This document shows positions 50,126-61,718 of a DNA stretch of 64,000 nucleotides, piece by piece. Location of the stretch: contig NW_024704744.1 in assembly GCF_018977255.1 (NCBI RefSeq), forward strand, positions 69,750,001 to 69,814,000. The letters are read 5' to 3'. The notes under the pieces were generated by a model. That model saw only the letters and a program-made list of their open reading frames with translations, did not search any database and had not been told where the DNA came from. Each line of letters begins with the position of its first letter. The first letter of the stretch is position 1. Position numbers and translations under genes: made by a program. Source of the DNA: Callorhinchus milii (lineage: Eukaryota).

Positions 50126-51409
50126 TTTATTAGCTGGGTTCAATTATCATCAAAATCTGGCCAACCTACTCAGTTTATCTGTGTTTTTAAAATGTCCAAC
50201 AATGTATTTATACATAATCTGCTCACGAGTGTCTATTTAATGGCTTTCATCCTGTTTCATCATTATCGCTTTTGCTTGTAAATTGGTCTCCAATCTGCTT
50301 GTGCACATCTGCTCTCTGCTTCCTTCTGTGCGATCTGAGTGACTCTCTGACATTCTTTCCTTTCCGCTGACCAAGCTTTCAAAAATGCACCTCTTTTAAA
50401 TTGTGAGAATAAATAATCATTGTATTTGAAATGGTGCCTTTCAGGTCAAGGGGCTGCCCCAGAGTGCTTCACTGGATATACTGTAAAGTTCAGTCACTTT
50501 TTTTTATTAATAACAATCCTTGCATTTGATATTCATTGAGATGTCTTAAGGTGCTTCACAAAATATATTGTAAAGTGGATTGACTGTGTATTTTGTGGGC
50601 AAAACATATTTGTGTACTTTTGCAAGTAAGCATTAGAGCTTTGTAGGAAAATATAGTTAAGAACCTCTTCGAAAACTATTGGAACTAAAATCTCCTTGTA
50701 TTTATATCCTGGCACTTGTATTGAATTAAAATGCTGTAATTCAGGTGATTGCTTTAAGACAATTAAGTTGTAAATGTTAGCAGAATTTCAAGTAGCCTTG
50801 AGATCATGCAGACGAGCAAGTGTAGCAATTCAAAGTGTTGGGAATGTTCTGTTAGTTCTGAGGAAAGCTTAAGAAAATCTGCTCTCTTTGCCTTGGAAAG
50901 GAGGTGACTTAATTGAAATTCTCAAGCATGTCCACGTGATTGGCAATACTAATTTCAGGCAAATCCTTCCTTTTTTTAAAAAAAGGTTCACAAATTGGAG
51001 AAGACAACAGATTTTAAAGAATAAGGAAGCTGTAAGCAAGAAAGGAAGTTGAGCAGCACCCATTTTACGCAAAGGGTAATGGGTTTGTGGTTTCCAATTG
51101 TACACTTGCTGTTTTTTCACACTTAAAGTTTTATTTTTGTTCTAAACTTTGGTCTAGAGAAATTGTTTTGATCTGCAATTTAAAGCGATCTGATGAAATA
51201 CAGGCCTGTTAGCAATTGGAAGGAGTACTCTTAAGGAAAGGAAGCAAGCATGTTGGCATTGAATTTTGTTTGCATCACTAAACATATCAAGTGACAACAC
51301 TATGGAATAAGAATCTGGGAATCTTTGAAATGGATAGTGCAAAATCTTTGAAAAGGTAACTGGATGCATATTCTAAAGAGGAATCGGGATTGGTATATTG
51401 CCTGATTCA

Positions 51410-51810
51410 GTTGACGAGGTTCTCGTTGCTGAGTCAAAAGGTTGTGGATTCAAGCCCCATATCTGGACTTTGAACTCATTGAATCTAGGCTGACACTCCA
51501 ATCCAGTGTTGTGGATTTGCTTCATTTTTGGAGATGCACCTTTCAGCTGAGACTTTAATCCTGTCAGCTTGAAGGATGAATGTTAAAGATCCCATAGCAC
51601 TCCTTTGAAAAGTGAAGGGAGTTCCTTCTGGTATCCTGGCCAACCACACCCGAGGTACAATTGTTCATTCACTTATTGGTGTTTGGAGGACATTGCTGTA
51701 TTCAAATTGGCTGCTGTGTTCACCTACAAAATAGTCACTAATCTTCATAGTAAAATCCTGTGAAGTGTTTAAGACATTCTGTTGATGTGAAAGGTGCAAT
51801 ATCAAATATT
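51410..51810 (+). mobile_element. Older long Deu-domain SINE (SacSINE1-like)
   Basis: tRNA-like head, then GTTAAAGATCCCATAGCAC...GGGGAGTTCC...CCTGGCCAAC, Deu core and L2-like tail. Confidence 0.65.
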
Positions 51811-51920
51811 ATTTATTATATGCAAGAGAGAGGATTGAAAAGTTTGGTGTAGCTGAAATGATGGAAAAAGGGATAGAGCCTAATTCACTCTTTCTACTCT
51901 TAACTCGAACTTTACTCGAA

Positions 51921-52350
51921 TTCAAGATCCTCACCCTCACCTACAAGGCCATTCACGGCCTTGCTCCCTCCTACCTCTCCGACCTACTATCCCTCTACCT
52001 ACCTGCCCGTACCCTCCGTTCCTCTGGCTCTGGTCTGCTCCACATCCCCCGCCCCAACCGCCCTACCATCAGTGGCCGAGCCTCTCAGCCCCCAGGCTCT
52101 GGAACTCTATCCCCCAGTGCCTTCGCCGCCTCCTCCCTTTCCTCCTTCAAGGGCGGTCTCAAGACCTTTCTCTTTGACTGTGCCTTCAGCTCCCCTCTCG
52201 ACTCTCTACCCCCTCCTCGCTCCCACCCTTCCCTCCCCTCACCCTGACCATTTCCCCCTGCTCGGGTCCTGACCTAACTGTACAGCCCCTTGGGACGTCC
52301 TCCCGACGTGAAAGGCGCTCTATAAATGGAATGTTGTTGTTGTTGTTGTT
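51921..52350 (+). mobile_element. L2 3' fragment
   Basis: FKILTLTYKAIHGLAPSYLSDLL. Near-identical to the reverse complement of 7866-8300, with a (TTG)n tail. Confidence 0.9.
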
Positions 52351-52630
52351 AACTCCTGTGCCTGGATTGCAGTGCTGACCTCACTATCTCTATGCACAAT
52401 GTCCTGTTTGCACAAGATTTTACAATGAAGTACTTTTGGAATTTTGGGTGCAGTCTCTCTAAGATCTGAATCTTTTGTACCCTTCTAGAAGTTTTGTTGG
52501 ATGACAGAAAGCTGCTCTCTTCATACATTTGTACTTCCTCTTCTTGCTTTGGGTTTAAATCTGACTAGACACCAAATCTGGTGCTACAATTTTAAGTGAA
52601 TTTCCCAATTCCGTTTCACGTGCCCAAATA

Positions 52631-52725
52631 CTGTAGAGTAGTTCAGAGGCAGCTCCACCTGAACTGGTTGTGAAGTAGCCTGACGCTATGAGTTCTAGTG
52701 GAGCTGACTCTGAACTACTCTACAG
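52631..52725. repeat. 35-bp imperfect inverted repeat with 25-nt loop
   Basis: CTGTAGAGTAGTTCAGAGGCAGCTCCACCTGAACT pairs with AGTTCTAGTGGAGCTGACTCTGAACTACTCTACAG with 3 mismatches. Confidence 0.9.
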
Positions 52726-54022
52726 CAGTAAACTCCCATTTACTCTGGAGTTTTTTTTTAAATGACAGCAATGTGGAAATGCTTGCGTGTGTCAACTTGT
52801 TAGTTGTCTCCAAGTGTTGATTATTTTTTTTTCTTTGACCACATTTTCTTTTCCCAATAGACCAGGAAAGGCTTCAGGCAAGACATGTAGAGGCTGGTAG
52901 TGTCAAAGCAACTGGCTGAGCTGTTATATCTCCCTACTGAGAACATCATGGTATCTCGCCCCCCAGTGGGCAATATGGTGTATTATGTGGTGGTCTCTTG
53001 GACACCATCGCTGTTCTCATTGAGAAGATATGGAAGTTATTATTGGCTGCTGCTTCTTTTAGAAAATCCACAAAATACAATTGCAGCAATTTTATTAGCC
53101 CTGGTGGTCTGCTCGCCGTGTGAAGTCTTGATGACATGAAAAGTTCTATATCAAATGAAAGGGTTGTTTATCAACAGTGGTATCTAAGATTGGGTTGCTG
53201 TAGTCCTTCAATATAGACATAGCATAAGTGACAAAGTAATTGGGGCTGAAATGGGATATCTAGAGTGTTGCCATTTTCTTCAGTGCAGTCAGGTTTTTAG
53301 TGCATATAATCTATGAAAGTACTGCATAACTAATCATTCACTGTTCAATGATAGTGTTGAGCCTGGTTTGACTTGTTTTTTAATAATGTTTTATATATAT
53401 ATATATAGGGTGTGTGCGTATTTATTATATATGTTATATGTCCTAGACTTATGTTGTAAATAGCTTTCAATATATAATGCAACTGGAATTATACAATGCA
53501 ACTGGACTAAGGTTGCATTTGCCTGGAATTCTAGGCCTCATTTGTTCTGCAAGAGGATGGAAGGTCCAAACTGTTTTGTAGTTTGGATTCGTAACAGCTG
53601 GATAATGTGTTGCCAGCTGTCAGCCTGTATATTGAAGATGCTCTTCCCTTTTTGATAAATTGGAACAGTAATGGATGACTTCAGACAATTGTTCAGAGCA
53701 GCTATTTGTAATATCCTTTACTCCTACAAATGCAGTCCATACACTTCACAGTACACCGTGTGAAGCATTTTGAGATGTCCTGGTGTGGGGAAGAAATTAT
53801 GTTACAACCCAATTAATTTTGAATGAAGAAATGAAGCACTGGTTCAATTTGATTCAAATCGGTTTTGAATTCTCATGATTGTTTGGTGCTGTCTTGAGTA
53901 CTATTGTACTTTGAGGCTGAAGTGAAGACCTATTGCTCTGAACCTGGATTTTCAGGGAGGAAGAAAGAGCAAGGAAGCTAATTTATCAGTTGAGAAATAT
54001 TTTTTTTAATTTACACTTTCAG

Positions 54023-54133
54023 ACTAAGGTACCTACCTTCAAGAAGTCAGAGTTCTCAGTGATTCGGCAACATGAAGATTTCATTTGGTTACATGATACC
54101 CTGGTTGAAAGTGAAGAATATGCAGGAATAATT
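54023..54133 (+). CDS. SNX5: SNX5 exon 3
   Basis: [37 protein letters not shown]; 111 nt. Confidence 0.95.
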
Positions 54134-55111
54134 GTGAGTAATAGAACTAGGTCTTTGATCATAACATCCCATGTATAATGGGAAAGCGAAAAAGAATATC
54201 TGTTTGTGTCTGGCATTGCTAAAGAGTCACCCTGTTCAAATGTGCCCTTGCGTTAAACATGTGTTTGAGAGTGGGTTCAGTGTTGTTGTGAGCCAGCACT
54301 ATAATTGTTGTGAACCAGCTTCCTGTGCTTAAGTAAAAAATGGTCACCTTTTCGGTTGAGGTGTTGCTGAATTCATTCACAGGAAATGTTGCTGGTGGGA
54401 TTGGATAAAGACTTTGGGACATGCACATAAATATATGTATGCAGAAAATAGTGTCAGTTGTGAGCTGGCAATCTTTTTTGCAGACCTGTTGAATTTTTTG
54501 AATCTGAGATGCTGTGTTACAACGGTGTTATCCTGCATTTGCCCAAGTATTAATTTTGCTTAAAAATGTCTTTATATATGTTTATAATAATAATCCTTGC
54601 ATTTGATATAGGGCCTTTTCACTTTGTTGAAATATCTCAAAGCGCTTCACACGATACACTGTGTGACTGCATTTGTTTGGTGAAATGCGGCAGCCAATTG
54701 CCCACTGCATTGTCCCACAAACACTCGTGGAGTGAGCAAACAATGTTATTTGGTGGCCAAGACACCGGGAGGGAGAGAGAAAAACGCCCTTCTCTTTGGA
54801 ATAGTTCCACGGGCGGTCTTTAATGTCCACCTGAACAGGGCATATATGTGTGATTTAACTTCTTATCCAAAGAGATGAGACGTTAAATCTCAAGATGATT
54901 GTTCATTCCCAAAAGCCTCCCCCCCCCCCCCATCCCAGCGCTGCACTAGAGTGTCAGCTTACACAATGTGATTCCAAGTTCGATTTTCACACAAAAAGAA
55001 ATATTAAACCCAATTTCAGTGCTTTTCTATTGTAGTAGGGGCACTGCAAGATTTGTTAAACTGCTAACAAAATAATGTTTATAGATTTATTTTTCTCTCC
55101 CTCCTTGCTAG

Positions 55112-55233
55112 ATTCCTCCAGTACCTCCGAAACCGGATTTTGATGCTGCCAGGGAAAAAATGCAAAAGCTGGGAGAAGGAGAAGGCTCCATGTCTAAAGA
55201 TGAATTTCACAAAATGAAGCAGGAGCTTGAAGC
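55112..55233 (+). CDS. SNX5: SNX5 exon 4
   Basis: [41 protein letters not shown]; 122 nt. Confidence 0.95.
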
Positions 55234-56385
55234 GTGAGCTCATTTTTTTTTTTTTCTGGCTTCCAAATAGCCTTGAGTTACACTCATCTCGGGCTTTTGC
55301 GGGGTCTGATAGGGATGTATGATGTGTGCATGATGTGGTGTTTTACTTTGAAGTTAGCATAGGAATAAAATAATTTTGTATTCTATATAGCATCTTTTAT
55401 GTTGGGAGGATGCTTTCAAATGTTTCATAGATTTTACTTCAAAGAATAGAAGGAGCCATACGTGGCCGGAGTTGAGAGGTCGATTTTAATGAATAAATCG
55501 CACTTTGGATATCTTGACTAATCTTTTGAATTTTCTTGAGGGCACTAGGTGATTTACAATTCCTCTGAGCTACAGTTCTATAGGTGCTGGTTTGCTCTCT
55601 GGTATCTCGTCCAAATGGTCATTCTTCAAGACTTGAGGCTGTACGGTTAGTCAGTCAGCTGTTTTAGATGTGAAGTATTTATGCTGAACACGATTCTGCC
55701 CTCACCCATGTATTAAACCATCAAGATAGCAATTGGGAGTTGGAGAACAAGGGCTGAATTTCTGAGTTTTATATAGTATGGTACAAATTACCATATTTTT
55801 ATATTGAGGTCTTATGGCTCCAAACTACCCTGTTTAGGAGATCTGATTTTGAGATTTCAAATTGTAGTGATTGAATACAGCCTTCTTAGCCATGTATGTG
55901 ACTCGCACCCTCAGCTTAAAATAAACTACTTTCAGCTTGTTCATTCCCGAAAGCTCCAATTATCCACAGAGTATAATCCTGTGGACACTGGCTACCTTCC
56001 TGTACTGTGGCTGCTTTTTTAAATCTGTGAAGTCAGGTTGTGGCCAGTCAATTCTGCAAAGGGAGAAGGTGATTGGAAGCAAAGGATGAGACTGAACCTG
56101 TCCTTGCCAGGGTCCCATACTTTCTCTTCAGCAATAACTTGATAAATTATAAATGGGACCAATCTTGCATTCTTTCCCCACCCGAAGCCTCGGACACTGG
56201 CACCAATTGTAGCATCACCACATTTGGACTCCTCTAACTTGCTGCAGAGAGGGCTTGCGCCCTGGAACTTCCCAGCCTGTGAAGTTTAACTCCACAACTA
56301 GCTGTTGCTTATACTGCTGGAAATAAATCCTCAGTGATGCAAATCATATTTATACTTTGTATTTGATTTTGCCCCTCTTGTTTAG

Positions 56386-56509
56386 TGAGTATTTGGCCAT
56401 CTTTAAGAAAACTGTCTCTATCCATGAAGTCTTCCTGCAGAGGGTTACAGAACATCCTGTACTTGGAAAAGACCTTAACTTCCATGTTTTCCTAGAATAT
56501 GATCAGGAT
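56386..56509 (+). CDS. SNX5: SNX5 exon 5
   Basis: [41 protein letters not shown]; 124 nt. Confidence 0.95.
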
Positions 56510-57420
56510 GTAAGTACAACCAGGATGTAAAGATGCTTTGTTTTTCACTTCATTTAAATAGTCAGGAAGGATGTATTCCCTTGAGTCTTAGTTCCTGGCT
56601 TTCAGCAAAGGGGGATGAAAGTGGAAAAAGCTTATGCAGCAGTTGCTTGATGGCTTCAGTTATTTTGTTGATCAAGTGAGGTTCAATGTCTATGTACAGC
56701 ATCTTTCAGCATATTGGGAGCAAAAGTGCTTCATCTGAAAAGCAAAGAAAATTCCAAAAAGTAATTGGTGTTTAAGGGATGCTTATTCAGTGCAAATGTT
56801 TGTGCTGCTTTGTGGAACCTCATTAGCCTTGCTTCCTCTACAGCCTGTCAATTTTTAATATGATTGCCACCATAACAATATTTTACAGAAAAGGCATGCA
56901 TGAATACAGTACCTTTGTTTTTCTGAACGCCACATTACTTAAACACTTCTACTGAACCAAGTTTCTTCAGTTGATTAGGCTTGGATCAAGATACCAGGTT
57001 TCTAGTTTAAGTTATATACTTTTTTTTTTAAAAAAATCATTCATCATATGGTATTCTGTTTGGAGGATCTGCAGTTAAAGTTAAAGAAGTTTTTTTTAGC
57101 TTTCCTTTGGTATTTTCTAATTTTTTTTGTCCATGATATTTCTCAATGTTTTATAGCCATCAATACTTTACGAATGTTTGGAGTGGTTTAAGTAAGTGGG
57201 CTGGATTGTTGCTATGTAAACAGATTGGTTTACAGTAAATCTTGTAAAATTATATGAGGATGGGTGTCTGATTGGTTAACTAGCTCAAAGAGGACCTTGA
57301 TGAAGTTTATGCAGTGGATTACTTAAGGGTGGATGTTTCACAGAACATCTCCCAACTGATCTGGAATTCTGTCTGAAGTAGCTTTTCACGCAGTTCATCT
57401 AACTGAATTTTGTATTTTAG

Positions 57421-57516
57421 TTGAGTGTCCGGAGGAAGAACACAAAGGAGATGTTTGGCGGCTTTTTTAAGAGCATGATGAAGAGTGCTGATGAAGTGCT
57501 TATCTCTGGAGCTAAG
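57421..57516 (+). CDS. SNX5: SNX5 exon 6
   Basis: LSVRRKNTKEMFGGFFKSMMKSADEVLISGAK; 96 nt. KNTKEMFGGFFKS is SNX5-like rather than SNX6-like. Confidence 0.95.
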
Positions 57517-58052
57517 GTAATTTCAATAACTTTATTTGTAGAATAGAACAAAGAGAGGAGCAAGTCAATGGGAGTTATGTTCATTGTGTCTAATGCTACT
57601 CAAGATTTTGCCTAACTTTAAAGCTTTTAATTTTTTTTATAATGCGGGGCTTTTTCTTGGTATACCTTTTCCCTTTTGTTAGACTCTATTCCACTTGTAG
57701 TGTCTGGAGTCCAGTTTTTTTCGAAAGGAGCACAAATGCTCCATTTCAGAGAGAACATTTCTTAGAACAGAAGGGCACTGTGTTGAAGCTATCTGTTTTA
57801 ATGCCATTAGTTGAGTTATTCTTTTGCATAACCAGGGACAATAATCTGCTTTATTAGATGATTATCTACTTATTCTCTAGAATAACGAGGGACATCCAAT
57901 AATAATTTGAATTTTATATAGCACTTCCACGTTGGGAGGAATGTCTAAAAACGCTTCACAGGATTTGCTTTAAAGTGTAGTGACTGTATTTTGTAGGCAA
58001 AAGTATAGCTATTTGTTTAGCCCAGCAGCCTTTCCCTAGCTTTTTCTGTTGA

Positions 58053-58754
58053 ATAATAATAATAATAATCCTTGCATTTGATATAGCGCTTTTCACGTCA
58101 GGAGGACGTCCCAAAGCGCTTCACAGAACACACTGTAAAGTGAATTGACTGTATATTTGTTGGCGAACGCAGCAGCCAATTGTGCACAGCAATGTCCCAC
58201 AAACAGTCGTAGATTGAAAATGACCAATTTATTATTGTTTTTGGATTTGGAGGCTATTATTATTAGGCTCTGTGTGGAGAAAGGAAACTTGCCCAAGGTT
58301 TCGCCCTCTGCCTGGAATTGAACTCAGGTCTCTCACTTGCAAAGCGAGTGCTCTAACCACTGAGCTACAGGACTCCACAATCTTGTCTTCCAAAATCAAT
58401 CAATAATTCCAATTATGGAATTCCAATTCCAATTGTGGAGTCCTGTAGCTCAGTGGTTAGAGCACTCGCTTTGCAAGTGAGAGACCTGAGTTCAATTCCA
58501 GGCAGAGGGCGAAACCTTGGGCAAGTTTCCTTACTCCACACAGAGCCTAATAATAATCCCTCCAAAAACCAAAAACAATAATAAATTGGTCATTTTCAAT
58601 CTACGACTGTTTGTGGGACATTGCTGTGCGCAATTGGCTGCCGCGTTCGCTCACAAATATACAGTCAATTCACTTTACAGTGTGTTCTGTGAAGCGCTTT
58701 GGGACGTCCTCCTGACGTGAAAAGCGCTATATCAAATGCAAGGATTATTATTAA
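58053..58754. mobile_element. Head-to-head inverted pair of near-identical full-length SINEs (- 58053-58376; + 58437-58754)
   Basis: Two copies of about 320 bp in opposite orientation with a spacer of about 60 nt. Confidence 0.92.
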
Positions 58755-58779
58755 TATTTTGCGCTCATCAGATAGGGCG

Positions 58780-58990
58780 CTTCATGTGTGAACTGAAGCC
58801 CCTTCCCATTTTGGCATCAGACAGTCTGGTCAGAAATTAATTATTTTTTTTGCTCTGGCCAACAGGACCTTCATCTAAACCAATGTGTCTCTCTCTCTTC
58901 CCCCCTCCTCCCCGATTGCCAACTACCCTTTGGCCTTTCTAGTGAACCATGTCCACTAGGAACGGGACTAAAGCTGCCCAAATAAAACCC
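58780..58990 (-). mobile_element. Possible LF-SINE-like relic
   Basis: Minus strand shows AGTCCCGTTCCTAGTGGACA, GAAAGGCCAAAGG, GACACATTGG and GGGCTTCAGT, in the same order as blocks recalled from the LF-SINE consensus. Confidence 0.45.
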
Positions 58991-59114
58991 AGCCAAACAA
59001 AGGAAACCAATATTGCTATCTTCAAATTGGAGGAGCTTTCAGTGTTGCAGGTTTTAGATTTTTTTTTGTTTTCTTTTAGAGATGTTTAAAAAAATATATT
59101 TCCCTTCCCTGCAG

Positions 59115-59220
59115 GATGTAGATGAATTCTTTGAACATGAAAAGATGTTTCTCGTTGAGTATGGCAACAAAATTAAAGACTCGACAACAAAGGTGGAAAA
59201 AATGACGAGATCTCTCAAAA
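59115..59220 (+). CDS. SNX5: SNX5 exon 7 (BAR domain)
   Basis: DVDEFFEHEKMFLVEYGNKIKDSTTKVEKMTRSLK; 106 nt. Confidence 0.95.
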
Positions 59221-59513
59221 GTATGTGCACATTACTGTGAATCTATATCGCTATTTATATCCACTAGACGTGCATTTCAGTGAAGAAGCAAGGGCGCAAT
59301 GTATTTTGAATATCTTAAAATTAGATAGACCAAACTGCCCCAGCTGCTTCCTCTGCTCAGCAAATACTGCCGTTCCCACCATCAGTGGACAAACATTCAG
59401 CCATTCTGCTCTCAGTCTTGGGGATGATATCCCAAAGTCCCTCCACCAAGCCCCTTCTCCGCCTCAAACTGGGGATTATTTGCACACTAAAATATGGACT
59501 TTTTATCTTTCAG

Positions 59514-59589
59514 ATGTTTCTGATGATTATATTCATTTATCCGCCTGCTTGGATGACCTTGTGATACAAGAAAAATCTCCATTAAATCC
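59514..59589 (+). CDS. SNX5: SNX5 exon 8
   Basis: NVSDDYIHLSACLDDLVIQEKSPLNP; 76 nt; phases fit. Confidence 0.92.
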
Positions 59590-60519
59590 GTGAGTCCTTT
59601 TAGCTAGGCAAATTGTCTTGCTTTTTAAATTAAAGTGTGCTTGTGATCGCCTGTATATTGTACTGAGTGTTTGTGAACCTTTCATATCTATTTCATTATA
59701 AAAATCTATTGCTATTCAATTTTTTCTGCTCAAAGGTGTTGGGTTGCATGTGGTGAAATATTGGAGACCCATTGATGAGCAGAGGAAAAAGGAAGTTGGT
59801 GTTAATGTGCATAAATTTGTTTACTAATTTCCATTGAAATCCGCTGGTCACTGATGCCAATCATAGCACAAAGAAATCTGGAGGGTGCGAGAGTGTGTGC
59901 TTTGAAAATTATTGTTAGCTATCATTTTATATACGGGTTAGTTCAAGAGAATATTACCATGACATGCTTATCTATGAAATATGTTACGCTTAGTCATATT
60001 AAGGCAGTTAATGATTGTGGGATACAAATGTTTTAATCTACACTTTTTCATTGTCTTAAGGGAGTTTCAAGACTCCTTTTGGAATCCTATTGAGTGGTAG
60101 AGTATAACAAGATTACTCATTTTTCTTGCAACAGGATTATTATAACATCAGTGTGCCAGAGTTGGAACAAGCATCCAGAATGGTGGCACAAGCCTTTTGA
60201 AAGATACAATATGTGGTCTAGTGATTCTTTAGGTGTGCAAGTGTGGTTCTGCTTTAAATTTAACTATGGACAAATATTGGGGTTAACGCATCTTGAGGCA
60301 GTGCCATAAAAATTGTCAACTGCTTTACTTGCATGTTTAATGCATTTAATACAGCAACGTGTTAAAATACATAATTGTTTTGTTTCTGAATCAATACATT
60401 TGTTCACAATATCTTTATGGGACATAGTAAAAATATGAATGGAAAATGAGCTGTACCTGTTTTATAAAAAAAAGTGGTGAAGGGTTTTGATTAACTAGAC
60501 TATTTGTGACTTTTTTCAG

Positions 60520-60559
60520 CTACTATATAAAGATTTCTGAGCTGTTTGAGAAACTTCGA
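60520..60559 (+). CDS. SNX5: SNX5 exon 9
   Basis: YYIKISELFEKLR; 40 nt; TTTTTTCAG acceptor and GTAAG donor. Confidence 0.92.
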
Positions 60560-60651
60560 GTAAGTTTTTTTTACTGCACTTAATGAAATTTGTATGCAAT
60601 TTTTTCAATGGTTCTGTTTCTTATCTAATCAACATAAGGAGAGAGTGGTTA

Positions 60652-60969
60652 TATAATCCTTGCATTTGATATAGCGCCTTATTATGTCTTATAGACGTCT
60701 CAAAGCGCTTCATGGAATATACTGCAAAGTTAACTGACTGTATATTTTGTGGACAAAAGGCGGATGCCAATTGCGCACAGCAGTGTCCCACAAACGGTCG
60801 TGGATTGAAGTGACCGATTTATTATTTTTTTTTGGAAGGATTCACTTTCCCTGGAAAAGCAATTCGCCAATCGACTAACAGCCAGGTTCCTACTTACTGA
60901 TAGGTAAAAAGAGACGTGTGGAGTAAGGAAACTTGCCCAACATTTCACCCTGCCGGGAATTGAACCCAG
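60652..60969 (-). mobile_element. tRNA/Deu SINE variant
   Basis: Reverse tail, Deu core and B box, with an extra internal segment. Confidence 0.75.
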
Positions 60970-61631
60970 GTTAGAACCCAGGTTCTAAATGTTTCAATTC
61001 TGTTTTCTTTTTGAAAGTTTGTATGATTTCTTAGTGCTGCTTGTAGTTTTGAGCTCTGTCAGCAAATCTCTACATAAGCTGCAGACTATCCACCACTCTG
61101 CAGCCTGTATCCCCAGGCTTCATGAGCTCATAGCCCCAATCTCATTCGGCTCCCCATCACTCAGTGGATCAGATTCAAAATTCTCATCTTTTAAATGCCT
61201 CCATAGTTTTGATCCACCTTACTTCTGTGACCTAGTACTTTGGCTACACCTTCCGTTCAGTAAATACCAGCCTGCCTTGCGTTCCCCCACTTCCATTGCC
61301 CCAACATCAGTGAACAAGCTTTTAACTATTCTGCCGCTATTCTCTGGAACTCATTCCCAAGGTTCCTCCACCTTGTCCCTGCCCAGTCCACGTTGTGCTA
61401 TTTCATTGACCACCAATTACTCCCTAGCTTTATCTCCCAATTATCTGTGTGAAGCTCTTTGAGACATCGTCCTGACATGAATAGCACTACAAAAATGTCT
61501 ATTTTACTGTGATGAGTAGATGAAACTGCTGGAACATGTTGCACCTAACCTGCCTTGGCGCTGTTTAATTGCACAATAGATATCCCAACTCATTGTTGTG
61601 AGTTGCTGATAGTTTGTTCCTCTTCTGTTAG

Positions 61632-61718
61632 AAAGTGGAAGGAAGAGTAGCAAGTGACGAAGACTTGAAGTTGACGGAACTGCTAAAATACTACCTGAGA
61701 GATATACAGGCTGCAAAG
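61632..61718 (+). CDS. SNX5: SNX5 exon 10
   Basis: KVEGRVASDEDLKLTELLKYYLRDIQAAK; 87 nt. Confidence 0.95.

Noticed and set aside
57298-57376. C/D box snoRNA candidate (TGATGA...CTGA) upstream of SNX5 exon 6
   Set aside because: No convincing terminal stem and no guide I can confidently match to rRNA or snRNA. A snoscan/Infernal run would be needed.
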